The notes under the pieces were generated by a model. That model saw only the letters and a program-made list of their open reading frames with translations, made no database searches and was not told the origin of the DNA. Of a stretch of DNA of 64,000 nucleotides, positions 1-11,795 are shown in pieces (the first letter of the stretch is position 1; every line of letters begins with the position of its first letter). The stretch is from Macrostomum lignano (lineage: Eukaryota): NCBI GenBank assembly GCA_002269645.1, contig NIVC01003437.1, positions 1 through 64,000 of the forward strand, given 5' to 3'. Both the position numbers and the translations under genes were made by a program.

Positions 1-15
1 GCAGCAGCCAGCTAA

Positions 16-1569
16 AGAAAATGTTCGCAGAGCAGCACTTCAGAAGAGAGCGCTCAAGATGCTCCAATTGTTGAAGATGAAATCGGAGATCCTAATCTGC
101 CAAAGTGCCTTCGCAATCCGTTCACAGACCAGTTCAAAAAGATGAGGCAAGACTTTTTCAATGAAAACATAACAAAAGTATCACATTTGAAACAGTGCTA
201 CGTGTGTAGGGAAAAGTTTCCTGCGAAAATATTTTAGCATCGATTCTGAAGACATGTGCGATCGTTGTTTCAGAGATGACAATGAGCCGAAATCGTTTAG
301 CCAAGAAAACAATGCGATTCCGATGTTGGAGCAGCCAGAAGATTTGCAAGATTTGAGTGTAGCAGAGCAAATGTTGATTTCGCCAGTTTTGTCGGTTATT
401 GTTGTGGTACAAATTTTTCCCCAAAAGCAAACAAAATCGAGAGGACACGGAATCATTTGCCTCAAGATCAGTCGCACGTTTTGCGAGAGCTGCCAAGACG
501 ATCTCTGCCAGTTGTTTTAATGTACGACGAAAGAGCCCGTGTTCAGCCTGGAGAAGCGCAAAGCGGCACAATGAACAATTTGCGAGTTCGACGCGACAAA
601 GTGACTAATGCGATGCGCTATTTAATGGCAAACAACAAGTACTTTAGACAGTATCAGGTTTCAATGAATAATGATGCGTTGCTACATCTGCCTGAAGATG
701 GTTATGCTCATCAAGTAGAAGTATGATTGTCGAAATGCAGTCTGACAATGAAGTGAATTTCGAGGCGGCACAGCAAGAAGGCGGCTCAGCCAGAGCTGAG
801 CGATTGCAGCAACAAGTAGAAAAAAATGCGGACGAGACGAACGAGCTCGAGGAAACAATTAGTTCGCTGTTGGAGACTCCTTTGCGTCGATTGGAATCGG
901 CAGTACGAGACAAATTTTTGAGTGAAAATTGAAATGGCCAGCAAGAAGCAACGAGCCGGTAAACGAATTTCAGGATGAAGGATATTTTACATTGGCTTAT
1001 CCTCATCTCTTTCCGGATGGAGCAGGAGATTATAGTACGCCACGTAATTTTGGACTAAGTTTGGGCGACTATGCAAAGCATTTGATGCAATTCCGGTGTC
1101 CAAGATTTCGTACCGATTTGCGGTTTAAATTTTACATTGAAAATATGGTGATGCGTTGGAGGGCGCTGGAAGTTGGTCGCGTGTTTGTACACGACAACAA
1201 GTATGCTGGATTAAGTGCCAAGGAATGATTGAAGCACTAAATGACCCGGCAGTATTGGCTAGCGTGTCAGTTCGAGCATCAGATTTGCGAGGCACAAGCG
1301 CTTATTGGCAGAGTAAAGGACGGCAATTGGAAGCCATGATTCGAACGCTTGGTGTTCCTCATTTTTTCGTGACACTATCGGCAGCAGATGTACATTGGCC
1401 AGAGTTGCAGCATGCCTGGGGAATCGATGCAGAGCAATATGAAAGCAATGTAGAACTAAGAGCAGAAATGTTGTCAAAGTTGCAAAAAGATCCCGGAATG
1501 GCAGACACTGTGTTTTGGTTGCGATTTGAAACATGTTTGAAACGTTTTTGGTCGAGCACTGGAAAGTAA
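16..1569 (+). pseudogene. N-terminal part of the same Rep-helicase, split by six frameshifts
   Basis: Consecutive ORF pieces (16-237, 254-520, 457-726, 723-932, 929-1228, 1156-1569) join into CYVCREKF..CDRC, a DUF6570-like segment (LISP..LPR..LRVRRDKV), EGYFTLAYPHLFPDGAGD and Rep motif 1. Confidence 0.8.
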
Positions 1570-4532
1570 ACGATTATTGGTTTCGCATAGAATATCAGAG
1601 TCGCGGAAGTCCACACGTTCACGGTTGCATTTGGATGCCAGATGGTGTTGATGTGACATCGAATACATTGAATGCAGAAGAATTGACGAGCTTTGTTGAC
1701 AAGTACATCTGTAGTTGGAATTTGGCCATGGACGAATCGGATTATGGAAATCAAGTTTTGAATGGCAGTTTAGCAGGTCAAGGTCATCCAGCTCAACTGA
1801 AACCGGAAGAGATTGAAAATGACAAGCAAGATTTGCAGTTAATTTCGCATTTGACAGAGAGGCACACTATTTGCAGTAAAAAGTGCTTGCGAACAGTAAA
1901 AGGCAAACAAGAGTGCCGATTCAAGTATCCGCGCGAGCCGCAGGAAAAGACTGTTGCAAAGCGAGTATCCCGTTTAAATTGGCAAGTTGAGACGCAGCGC
2001 AACGACGAGCGAATGATTTCTCACAGTCCGCAGTTGCTGTGCATGTGGAGAGCCAATGTCGATGTTCAAATGATTTCGTCCGTGAAGAATTTGATTCGCT
2101 ATTTGATCAAGTATGCGACAAAAAGCGAAAAGGAGTCGGATTATATGGCGGAGCTGACAAAGCGTCTTCATAAGGAGTTGGAAGATAATGCAGAACAGAA
2201 TGCCGATAACAATTTTCAGCGTAGCAACACTGCAAGGCGTGTTGTACAACAACACTTGATGGCGCAAGTTGGAGCGCGTGATTATTCGGCGCAAGAGGCA
2301 ATGCATTTGCTATTGCAGACGTCAATGTACAAGGGTTCGCGAGAATTTGTTTTTGTTCAGACTGGCGAAACCCGCGCAGTGGAGGAAAAGGGTGTTTGCA
2401 GGAATAGTTGCGACAAGTATTCAAAGCGTGCAAAGAATTTGGAAAATGTAACAATGTTTCGTTTCTTTTCCGACTACTGTCTCAGCCCTAATGGGAGGTG
2501 CACAAAAAGGCCGAAACAAGTAGTTTTGCTAATCAGTCCATTTTTTCGACCGAATGAGCAATCAGACGAAAGACGCGAAGGCTATTATCGGCAGCAGGTT
2601 TTGTTGTACAGTTGTTGGCGAAATGAGCGAGAAGCCAAAGGTTTGCACACAAGCTGGCAGCAAGCGTACGAAGCCATGCCTGCTGAGAATCGATGCGAGC
2701 TGCAGCTGCCCAATTTGGACGATTTGCGCAACGACGAAGCTGACGAAGAAGTCGAAGCAGTTGCGGAGCTACCCGAAATGACCAACGCAAATGCGCAATC
2801 TGCTGCTCAGCCAACTTATGAGCACGAAGAGCAAGAAGATTGGATGGTTGCAGTGGGGGCACTTCATCGCGAGAGAAATCTATTGGCCTGTCCAGAAGAT
2901 CAATTGCCAAAGCCGCCAGAAAATTTTGACTGGAGCGCAGCTAGTGGCGGCCAGTTTCCAACGGTTGGAGAAGCAAAGGCGTTTTTAAGTAGCGACCTAA
3001 AACTTGGCGCAAGAGAGGTCGCTGACATGCCGATAAACAGTGTTGAATCGCTTAATGTTCGGCAGCGAGAAATGTACAACCTAATTGAAAGTCATTTGCA
3101 GCTTTCAAGACTAGCCGAAGAAAACCAAGGCGAAAAGCCGGAGCCTCTCAAAGCAATTTTGTATGGTAGCGCTGGAACTGGAAAAAGCTACTTGATTTCT
3201 ACATTGCGTCGGTTGATTGGAGAATCAAGATGCAGAATTATGGCATCAACAGGCGTAGCCGCTTTCAATATTGCAGGCGAAACTTTGCACTCGGCTTTGA
3301 AATTGAATGTAAATTTTAGTGCTGGTGTTGGCAAGAAATCCCTAATGGAGATGCAAGAGCAGTGGAAAGATGTGCGCTACATTTTTATTGACGAATTTAG
3401 CATGCTTGGCCAAAGGTTACTCCGTAAGGTGGATGCTCGTTTGCGCGAATTGTTTCCAGAACACAGTAAACAGAGTTTTGGTGGTCGATCTGTAATCCTA
3501 ATTGGCGACGTGTTTCAATTGCCTCCAGTTTTGGACACGCAACTGTACGTTTACAATCCAAATCAAAAGAAGCACGATATATTGAAATCTGAAGGCTATA
3601 AATTGTACATGGAGTTCAAAAAGGTTGTGCATCTGACAGAACAAGTCCGACAAGCAAACGATACGGAATTCGCCCAGTTGTTGGATAAACTTCGCGAAGG
3701 CAAGGCCGACGAAGCCTGCTGGAATTCGTTGATGAACAATTGTCGCGTCTATGCTCCCGACCTTTTGCCTGAAGGTTTCCAAAGCGGGTGTACATTTTTA
3801 TATCACACTAACGAGGATGTGAGAAATCGCAACTACATGCTATTGGGAAAGATGGTTTCCGAATTGAATCCTGTGCGGCAAATTAACGCAATTTGTAAAG
3901 GAGACGAAGCAAAATTGTGTGGCAAAAAGAAGGAACATAAAAAATCGGATACGAATCTGGAGAAGCGACTCTATTTGTGTATTGGTGCTCGAGTAATGCT
4001 AACTAGAAATCTGTCAGTACGCAATGGACTTGTGAATGGATCAGTTGGAACTGTACGAGGAATTTGCTACGCTCCTGGAAGGCAATCACCAAAGGATTGG
4101 CCAGATTGTATTTGGGTTGAATTTGACAATTATTCTGGCCCAGCAATGGGGGCAATTGTACAAGATAATCGTGCAATTCGTGTAGTGCCAATTCTGTCAG
4201 TAACGAATGAAAAGTTTAAAGGAGGAGCCCAATTGTCGCGTCAACAATTTCCACTACGATTGGCTTGGGCTAGTACGATTCACAAGAGCCAAGGACTTAC
4301 AATTCCAAAAGCGTACGTGGCGTTTAGCAAAGGAGGCGCCAGGAAAGCTATTCCAGCTGGATTATTTTATACTGCGGTGAGTAGAGTTCGTGCATTTGCA
4401 GATTTGCGAGTATCAAGTTGCGATTACAACAATTTCGTGAGCCTTTTTTCTGCACAAAAAGTGCAGACGCAGTTGCATGAGCAAAAGCGTTTGCTGAGAA
4501 TGTGCTCATCCGCGAATTCTGATAGCCGCTAA
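1533..4532 (+). CDS. Rep-helicase, intact C-terminal 999 aa (HUH endonuclease motifs 2-3 plus PIF1-like SF1 helicase)
   Basis: Motifs EYQSRGSPHVH, GSAGTGKS (Walker A), IDEFSMLG, GDVFQLPPV, QFPLRLAWASTIHKSQGLT and YTAVSRV; 3 kb without a stop. Confidence 0.92.
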   Translation: MFETFLVEHWKVNDYWFRIEYQSRGSPHVHGCIWMPDGVDVTSNTLNAEELTSFVDKYICSWNLAMDESDYGNQVLNGSLAGQGHPAQLKPEEIENDKQDLQLISHLTERHTICSKKCLRTVKGKQECRFKYPREPQEKTVAKRVSRLNWQVETQRNDERMISHSPQLLCMWRANVDVQMISSVKNLIRYLIKYATKSEKESDYMAELTKRLHKELEDNAEQNADNNFQRSNTARRVVQQHLMAQVGARDYSAQEAMHLLLQTSMYKGSREFVFVQTGETRAVEEKGVCRNSCDKYSKRAKNLENVTMFRFFSDYCLSPNGRCTKRPKQVVLLISPFFRPNEQSDERREGYYRQQVLLYSCWRNEREAKGLHTSWQQAYEAMPAENRCELQLPNLDDLRNDEADEEVEAVAELPEMTNANAQSAAQPTYEHEEQEDWMVAVGALHRERNLLACPEDQLPKPPENFDWSAASGGQFPTVGEAKAFLSSDLKLGAREVADMPINSVESLNVRQREMYNLIESHLQLSRLAEENQGEKPEPLKAILYGSAGTGKSYLISTLRRLIGESRCRIMASTGVAAFNIAGETLHSALKLNVNFSAGVGKKSLMEMQEQWKDVRYIFIDEFSMLGQRLLRKVDARLRELFPEHSKQSFGGRSVILIGDVFQLPPVLDTQLYVYNPNQKKHDILKSEGYKLYMEFKKVVHLTEQVRQANDTEFAQLLDKLREGKADEACWNSLMNNCRVYAPDLLPEGFQSGCTFLYHTNEDVRNRNYMLLGKMVSELNPVRQINAICKGDEAKLCGKKKEHKKSDTNLEKRLYLCIGARVMLTRNLSVRNGLVNGSVGTVRGICYAPGRQSPKDWPDCIWVEFDNYSGPAMGAIVQDNRAIRVVPILSVTNEKFKGGAQLSRQQFPLRLAWASTIHKSQGLTIPKAYVAFSKGGARKAIPAGLFYTAVSRVRAFADLRVSSCDYNNFVSLFSAQKVQTQLHEQKRLLRMCSSANSDSR

Positions 4533-4545
4533 CTTGCTATTCTAA

Positions 4546-7500
4546 AGTCGGCAACTATTTAGTCAGCAACTATCCATCCAGTCAGCATCCGTCCAGTCAG
4601 CAGCCGTCAGTCAGCAACAATCCAGTCAGCAACCATCCAGTCAGCAACCATCCAGTCAGCAAACATCCATCCAGTCAGCAACCATTCGTCCAGTCAGCAT
4701 CCATCCAGTCAGCAACCATCCAGTCAGCAACCATCCAGTCAGCATCCGTCCAGTCAGCAGCCATCCAGTCAGCAACCGTCCATCCAGTCAGCAACAATCC
4801 AGTCAGCAATCATCCAGTCAGCAACCATCCAGTCACAACCATCCAGTCAGCAGTCATCCAGTCAGCAACCATCCGTCCAGTCAGCAACCATCCGTCCAGT
4901 CAGCAATCATCCGTCCAGTCAGCGACCATCCAGTCGGCAACCATCCAGTCACAACCATACGTCCAGTCAGCAACCATCCAGTCAGCAACCATCCAGTCAG
5001 CAACCATCCATCCATTCAGCAACCATCCAGTCAGCAACCATCCAGTCAGCAACCATCCAGTCAGCAACCATTCGTCCAGCAACCATCCATCCAGTCAGCA
5101 ACAATCCAGTCAGCAACCATCCAGTCAGCAAACATCCATCCAGTCAGCAACCATTCGTCCAGTCAGCATCCATCCAGTCAGCAACCATCCAGTCAGCAAC
5201 CATCCAGTCAGCATCCGTCCAGTCAGCAGCCATCCAGTCAGCAACCGTCCATCCAGTCAGCAACAATCCAGTCAGCAATCATCCAGTCAGCAACCATCCA
5301 GTCACAACCATCCAGTCAGCAGTCATCCAGTCAGCAACCATCCGTCCAGTCAGCAACCATCCGTCCAGTCAGCAATCATCCGTCCAGTCAGCGACCATCC
5401 AGTCGGCAACCATCCAGTCACAACCATACGTCCAGTCAGCAACCATCCAGTCAGCAACCATCCAGTCAGCAACCATCCATCCATTCAGCAACCATCCAGT
5501 CAGCAACCATCCAGTCAGCAACCATCCAGTCAGCAACCATTCGTCCAGCAACCATCCATCCAGTCAGCAACAATCCAGTCAGCAACCATCCAGTCAGCAA
5601 CCATCCAGTCAGCAACCATCCGTCCAGTCAGCAACCATCCAGTCAGCAGCCATCCTGTCAGCAGCCATCCAGTCAGCAGCCATCCAGTCAGCAACCGTCC
5701 ATCCAGTCAGCACCCATCCAGTCAACAACCATCCAGTCAGCGACCATCCAGTCAGCAACCATCCAGTCAGCAACCATCCAGTCAACAACAGTCCATCCAG
5801 TCAGCAAACATCCATCCAGTCAGCAACCATCCAGTCAACAACAGTCCATCCAGTCAGCAACCATCCATCCAGTCAGCAACAATCCAGTCACAACCATACA
5901 TCCAGTCAGCAACCATCCAGTCAGCAACCGTCCATCCAGTCAGCAACAATCCAGTCAGCAACAATCCAGTCACAACCATACATCCAGTCAGCAACCATCC
6001 AGTCAGCAACCGTCCATCCAGTCAGCAACAATCCAGTCAGGAACAATCCAGTCAGCAACCATCCAGTCAGCAACCATCCAGTCAGCAACCGTCCATCCAG
6101 TCAGCAACAATCCAGTCACAACCATCCGTCCAGTCAGCAACCATCCAGTCAGCAAACATCCATCCAGTCGGAAACCATCCAGGCAGCAACCATCTAGTCA
6201 GCAACCATCCATCGAGTCAGCAACCGTCCAGTCAGCAACCATCCAGTCAGCAGCCATCCTGTCAGCAGCCATCCAGTCAGCAAACATTCATCCAGTCAGC
6301 AACCATCCATCCAGTCAGCACCCATCCAGTCAACAACCATCCAGTCAGCGACCATCCAGTCAGCAACCATCCAGTCAGCAACCATCCAGTCAGCAAACAT
6401 CCATCCAGTCAGCAACCATCCAGTCAGCAAACATCCATCCAGTCAGCAACCATCCAGTCAACAACAGTCCATCAAGTCAGCAACCAATCATCCAGTCAGC
6501 AACAATCCAGTCAGCAACAATCCAGTCAGCAACAATCCAGTCACAACCATACATCCAGTCAGCAACCATCCAGTCAGCAACCGTCCATCCAGTCAGCAAC
6601 AATCCAGTCAGCAACAATCCAGTCAGCAACCGTCCATCCAGTCAGCAACTATCCAGTCAGCAACCATCCATCCAGTCAGCAACCGTCCAGTCAGCAACCA
6701 TCCAGTCAGCAATCATCCATCCAGTCAGCAACCATCCAGTCAACAACCGTCCATCCAGTCAGCAACCATCCAGTCAACAACCATCCAGTCAGCGACCATC
6801 CAGTCAGCAACCATCCAGTCAGCAACCATCCAGTCAGCAACCATCCAGTCAGCAAACATCCATCCAGTCAGCAACCATCCAGTCAACAACAGTCCATCCA
6901 GTCAGCAACCATCCATCCAGTCAGCAACAATCCAGTCACAACCATACATCCAGTCAGCAACCATCCAGTCAGCAACCGTCCATCCAGTCAGCAACAATCC
7001 AGTCAGCAACAATCCAGTCACAACCATACATCCAGTCAGCAACCATCCAGTCAGCAACCGTCCATCCAGTCAGCAACAATCCAGTCAGGAACAATCCAGT
7101 CAGCAACCATCCAGTCAGCAACCATCCAGTCAGCAACCGTCCATCCAGTCAGCAACAATCCAGTCACAACCATCCGTCCAGTCAGCAACCATCCAGTCAG
7201 CAAACATCCATCCAGTCGGAAACCATCCAGGCAGCAACCATCTAGTCAGCAACCATCCATCGAGTCAGCAACCGTCCAGTCAGCAACCATCCTGTCAGCA
7301 GCCATCCTGTCAGCAGCCATCCAGTCAGCAAACATTCATCCAGTCAGCAACCATCCATCCAGTCAGCACCCATCCAGTCAACAACCATCCAGTCAGCGAC
7401 CATCCAGTCAGCAACAATCCAGTCAGCAACCATCCAGTCAGCAAACATCCATCCAGTCAGCAACCATCCAGTCAACAACAGTCCATCCAGTCAGCAACAA

Positions 7501-9240
7501 TCCAGTCAGCAACAATCCAGTCACAACCATACATCCAGTCAGCAACCATCCAGTCAGCAGCCATCTAGTCAGCAGCCATCGAGTCAGCAGCCATCCAGTG
7601 AGCAACCGTCCATCCAGTTAGCAACCATCCAGTCAGCAAACATCCATCCAGTCAGCAACCATCCAGTCAGCAGCCATCCTGTCAGCAGCCATCCAGTCAG
7701 CAGCCATCCAGTCAGCAACCGTCCATCCAGTCAGCACCCATCCAGTCAACAACCATCCAGTCAGCGACCATCCAGTCAGCAACCATCCAGTCAGCAACCA
7801 TCCAGTCAGCAAACATCCATCCAGTCAGCAACCATCCAGTCAACAACAGTCCATCAAGTCAGCAACCAATCATCCAGTCAGCAACAATCCAGTCAGCAAC
7901 AATCCAGTCAGCAACAATCCAGTCACAACCATACATCCAGTCAGCAACCATCCAGTCAGCAACCGTCCATCCAGTCAGCAACAATCCAGTCAGCAACAAT
8001 CCAGTCAGCAACCGTCCATCCAGTCAGCAACTATCCAGTCAGCAACCATCCATCCAGTCAGCAACCGTCCAGTCAGCAACCATCCAGTCAGCAATCATCC
8101 ATCCAGTCAGCAACCATCCAGTCAACAACCGTCCATCCAGTCAGCAACCATCCAGTCAACAACCATCCAGTCAGCGACCATCCAGTCAGCAACCATCCAG
8201 TCAGCAACCATCCAGTCAGCAACCATCCAGTCAGCAAACATCCATCCAGTCAGCAACCATCCAGTCAACAACAGTCCATCCAGTCAGCAACCATCCATCC
8301 AGTCAGCAACAATCCAGTCACAACCATACATCCAGTCAGCAACCATCCAGTCAGCAACCGTCCATCCAGTCAGCAACAATCCAGTCAGCAACAATCCAGT
8401 CACAACCATACATCCAGTCAGCAACCATCCAGTCAGCAACCGTCCGTCCAGTCAGCAACAATCCAGTCAGGAACAATCCAGTCAGCAACCATCCAGTCAG
8501 CAACCATCCAGTCAGCAACCATCCATCCAGTCAGCAACAATCCAGTCACAACCATCCGTCCAGTCAGCAACCATCCAGTCAGCAAACATCCATCCAGTCG
8601 GAAACCATCCAGGCAGCAACCATCTAGTCAGCAACCATCCATCGAGTCAGCAACCGTCCAGTCAGCAACCATCCAGTCAGCAGCCATCCTGTCAGCAGCC
8701 ATCCAGTCAGCAAACATCCATCCAGTCAGCAACCATCCATCCAGTCAGCACCCATCCAGTCAACAACCATCCAGTCAGCGACCATCCAGTCAGCAACCAT
8801 CCAGTCAGCAACCATCCAGTCAGCAAACATCCATCCAGTCAGCAACCATCCAGTCAACAACAGTCCATCCAGTCAGCAACAATCCAGTCAGCAACAATCC
8901 AGTCAGCAACAATCCAGTCACAACCATACATCCAGTCAGCAACCATCCAGTCAGCAGCCATCTAGTCAGCAGCCATCGAGTCAGCAGCCATCCAGTGAGC
9001 AACCGTCCATCCAGTTAGCAACCATCCAGTCAGCAACAATCCAGTCACAACCATACGTCCAGTCAGCAACCATCCAGTCAGCAACCATCCGTCCAGTCAG
9101 CAACCATTCCAGTCAGCAACAATCCAGTCACAACCATACGTCCAGTCAGCAACCATCCAGTCAGCAACCGTCCATCCAGTCAGCAACCATCCAGTCAGCA
9201 ACAATCCAGTCACAACCATACGTCCAGTCAACAACCATCC
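4546..9240. repeat. 4.7-kb satellite, 15-bp unit CCAGTCAGCAACCAT with 19-bp variants and higher-order repeats
   Basis: Directly visible. A 469-bp block is duplicated (identical shadow ORFs at 4900 and 5369). The marker GGAAACCATCCAGGCAGC recurs at 6170, 7218 and 8600. Confidence 0.98.
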
Positions 9241-10260
9241 AATTATTTACGATAAATTGCGTAATTTGCGTTGCAGTGGCTGCTGAATTCTCATAAGCAA
9301 AGCACTTAAAAAGCTAATGTCTGCTCGAGTTACAATTTAAATATTCTTTCCAAAAACGAACACTCTATTGAGTGGGTACTGCGCGCATGTTTGCCGTTTG
9401 GCGGTTTTGATACAAATTTGCGAAACTATTATTGCGCGCAGCACCGCCCACAAAATGTGCAGTGAAAGTCCCTAAAAGTGTGAGTAGCATTGATTAACCT
9501 TTCACAGTGTAAAAAAATTTACAGTGTAAAAAATGGTGTAAAGTTTCCATAAAAATATCTTTGTTTTTAATTCTCATTGCACTGTGTGAGGTTAGTTAAA
9601 TGCTCGACGCTTTTTGTTTTAGACACGGCAGTATTTTTCTCATATAATAGTTTACATATTTATTGATTAATTCGTTTTTTCGGAGTTTTGAAAGCTGCTG
9701 TGCCTAATTATGGATTTAGCTAAATGATCAGGCTACCTAATGTTGGGTAACTTGTATCAAATGGCAAAGCATTTCACTGCAAAGTCGCATCCGGTGGTTT
9801 CACGTACCTGTGGGCGTTAAACTGTACATTTGAAATGCTGAATTTCTAGGAAAATCTCATTTCAAATTACAGTGAACAGAATCGGAGCGGCGAAAATTTT
9901 TTTTAACTAATTTCGTTGTTAATTGCAAGATTATTTTTCGTAAGTCCAAATGTCCAAGATATTTATTATGAGTATTATTTCTTGGACCTTAGTATATGAT
10001 GTTAATTCATGTGTCTCAGTTTGATTTTTTGAGTCTATTTAATAGAACTTTGTGATTAAAAAATTAATGAATGGTAAATTATAATTAATTAGTCACATAG
10101 GACATATGTAACTAAAATACGTAGCATCTAAGTAGTTTACAATAGTTTAACATTTTTAGGGTTTTATGTGTTGCAAAACTGTACTCAAAGAAATCAAAAA
10201 TAATTTCGAAATATTGAGCAATTAATGCACTTCGACCTGCTAAGGTGGCACACCTTCAAT

Positions 10261-10581
10261 CTAGTTGGCAGGTAAGTGCAAAGCCCCTTCTAGTCGGAAG
10301 CCCGATTTCGAGAGTCCCGGTGTGGTGAGCCAGGGCGCACGGGCTGGTGGCAGCAAGTTAGTTGATCTGCGGATTAGCTAATTTCTACTTTCAAAATTCT
10401 CCCTGCTCGTCTCTCGCTGTCCCTCTCTTAGCTATAGGACCTAGACTGCTCGCCACACGATCAAGCTACCATGGGGCTGACCATCTGACAGGAGTGGGGG
10501 GCCAGGTCTCTAATTGATTTATTTCTGAGCCTGAGGCCCGAAGGCTTCCCTAACAAGGAGCCCGAAGGTCGAAACCCATCA
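10261..10581 (+). mobile_element. 3' fragment of LTR family A (ends ...AAACCCATCA)
   Basis: Aligns by eye with 33029-33336 and 11493-11795 and has the same CCCATCA terminus as the full solo LTR. Confidence 0.75.
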
Positions 10582-11015
10582 TCAACAACAACTCTCGCTC
10601 TCTTCCTCGCCATTCTCCTGCTGGAACTCCCTGACTGCCAACCACATTTGCTCATTGGTCCATGTGACAAGACTGTGGTGAGAAACTCTTCAGTCAGGAA
10701 GATTGATAAAAAAACTCAAAAACCGTCGAGTCATTGCTTGATAAAGCGTCTTTCGAATCGGAATCGAGTCCCAGTCTACGCAAGGCGTCACTTTTAGCTG
10801 TCCTATTCGGCGGCGTAGAAGCCATTTGTGAGTAGGAAGGTTTGAACAGGAGCTAGCTGAAAAACTATGTGATATACTTTACTTCTGGGCTTCTAGGGTG
10901 TGCACTCGATTCAGCAAAAAAGACAAATTTGTCTATGGACTGCTCTGCAGGCCTTTGGGCTTTTAAGCCATCTTACAGAACCAAGCTTGGGCGCGAAGTG
11001 GTTAAAGACTTAGTG

Positions 11016-11795
11016 TTTTCTTTCTTTTTCGCAATGCCAGCTGAGATGAGCGGCTAAATCTAGGGGTAGAGGTCACGGTGGACCGGAAGCGGCACAGTTC
11101 CCAGTCAATCAGTCGATCTAAGCAATCATGATAAGCATGCAACCTAAGTGCCAGACTGGTGCTTTCGCGCAGTCTCAGGCAGCTAAGCGGCTAAAACGAG
11201 TTAAATGTTAGTCTAAAGATCTCCAAAGGCGGCAATACACCTACATCTCATCGCTATCTGTCGACGCGTTAACACATTTAGTGCCAAAGGTGTGCAGTTA
11301 CATGTACTTGTACATGTACTTCTGGGAATTCGGTAATGAGATAGTACATTTAGTAGTGTACAAAGGCTCACCAGCGCAAGAACCCCCCCCCCCGAAAAAG
11401 TCCTCTCTGTCCCTGCATGGCCAATGCGATCTTAGTCCCAGCAGTGTCCTTTCTATTCGGCTATGACTTCGAGATAGACAGCTAAAAGACACTAGATGGC
11501 AGGTAAGTGCAGTGCCCCTCTAGTCGGAAGTCCGATTTCGATAGCTCCGGTTTGGTGAGCCGGGGCGCACGGACTGGTGGCAGAGCGGGTTGGTTAATCT
11601 GTGGATTAGCTAATCTCTACCTTTCAAATTCTCCCTGTTTGTCTCTCGCTGTCTTCTCTTAGCTATAGGACCTTGCTGCTCGCACACAATCTTGCTACCA
11701 TCTGATGGGCTAACCATCTGACAGGAGTGAGAGGCCAGAGCTTTAAGTGATTTATTTCTGAGTTCTGTGGCCTGAAGCTACAGGCTTAAAAAGGC
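11016..11795 (+). mobile_element. 3' ~780-bp fragment of LTR family A, lacking the last ~11 bp
   Basis: Colinear with 32555-33325 (CGCAATGCCAGCTGAGATGAGC...GGCTTAAAAAGGCC). Confidence 0.8.

Larger units (their letters stand above)
1..9451 (+). mobile_element. Helitron-superfamily rolling-circle transposon (Helentron/Helitron2-like); 5' end outside the window, 3' boundary uncertain
   Basis: Rep motifs HFFVTLSAADVHWPEL, YWFRIEYQSRGSPHVHGCIW and YLIKYATK are followed by PIF1 helicase motifs. RGSPH (rather than RGLPH) is typical of the Helentron/Helitron2 group. A tandem array follows the ORF. Confidence 0.85.

Noticed and set aside
4900-9002. ORFs such as MLDEWLLTGWLLTG and MLTGWLLTRW
   Set aside because: Translations of the 15-bp satellite.
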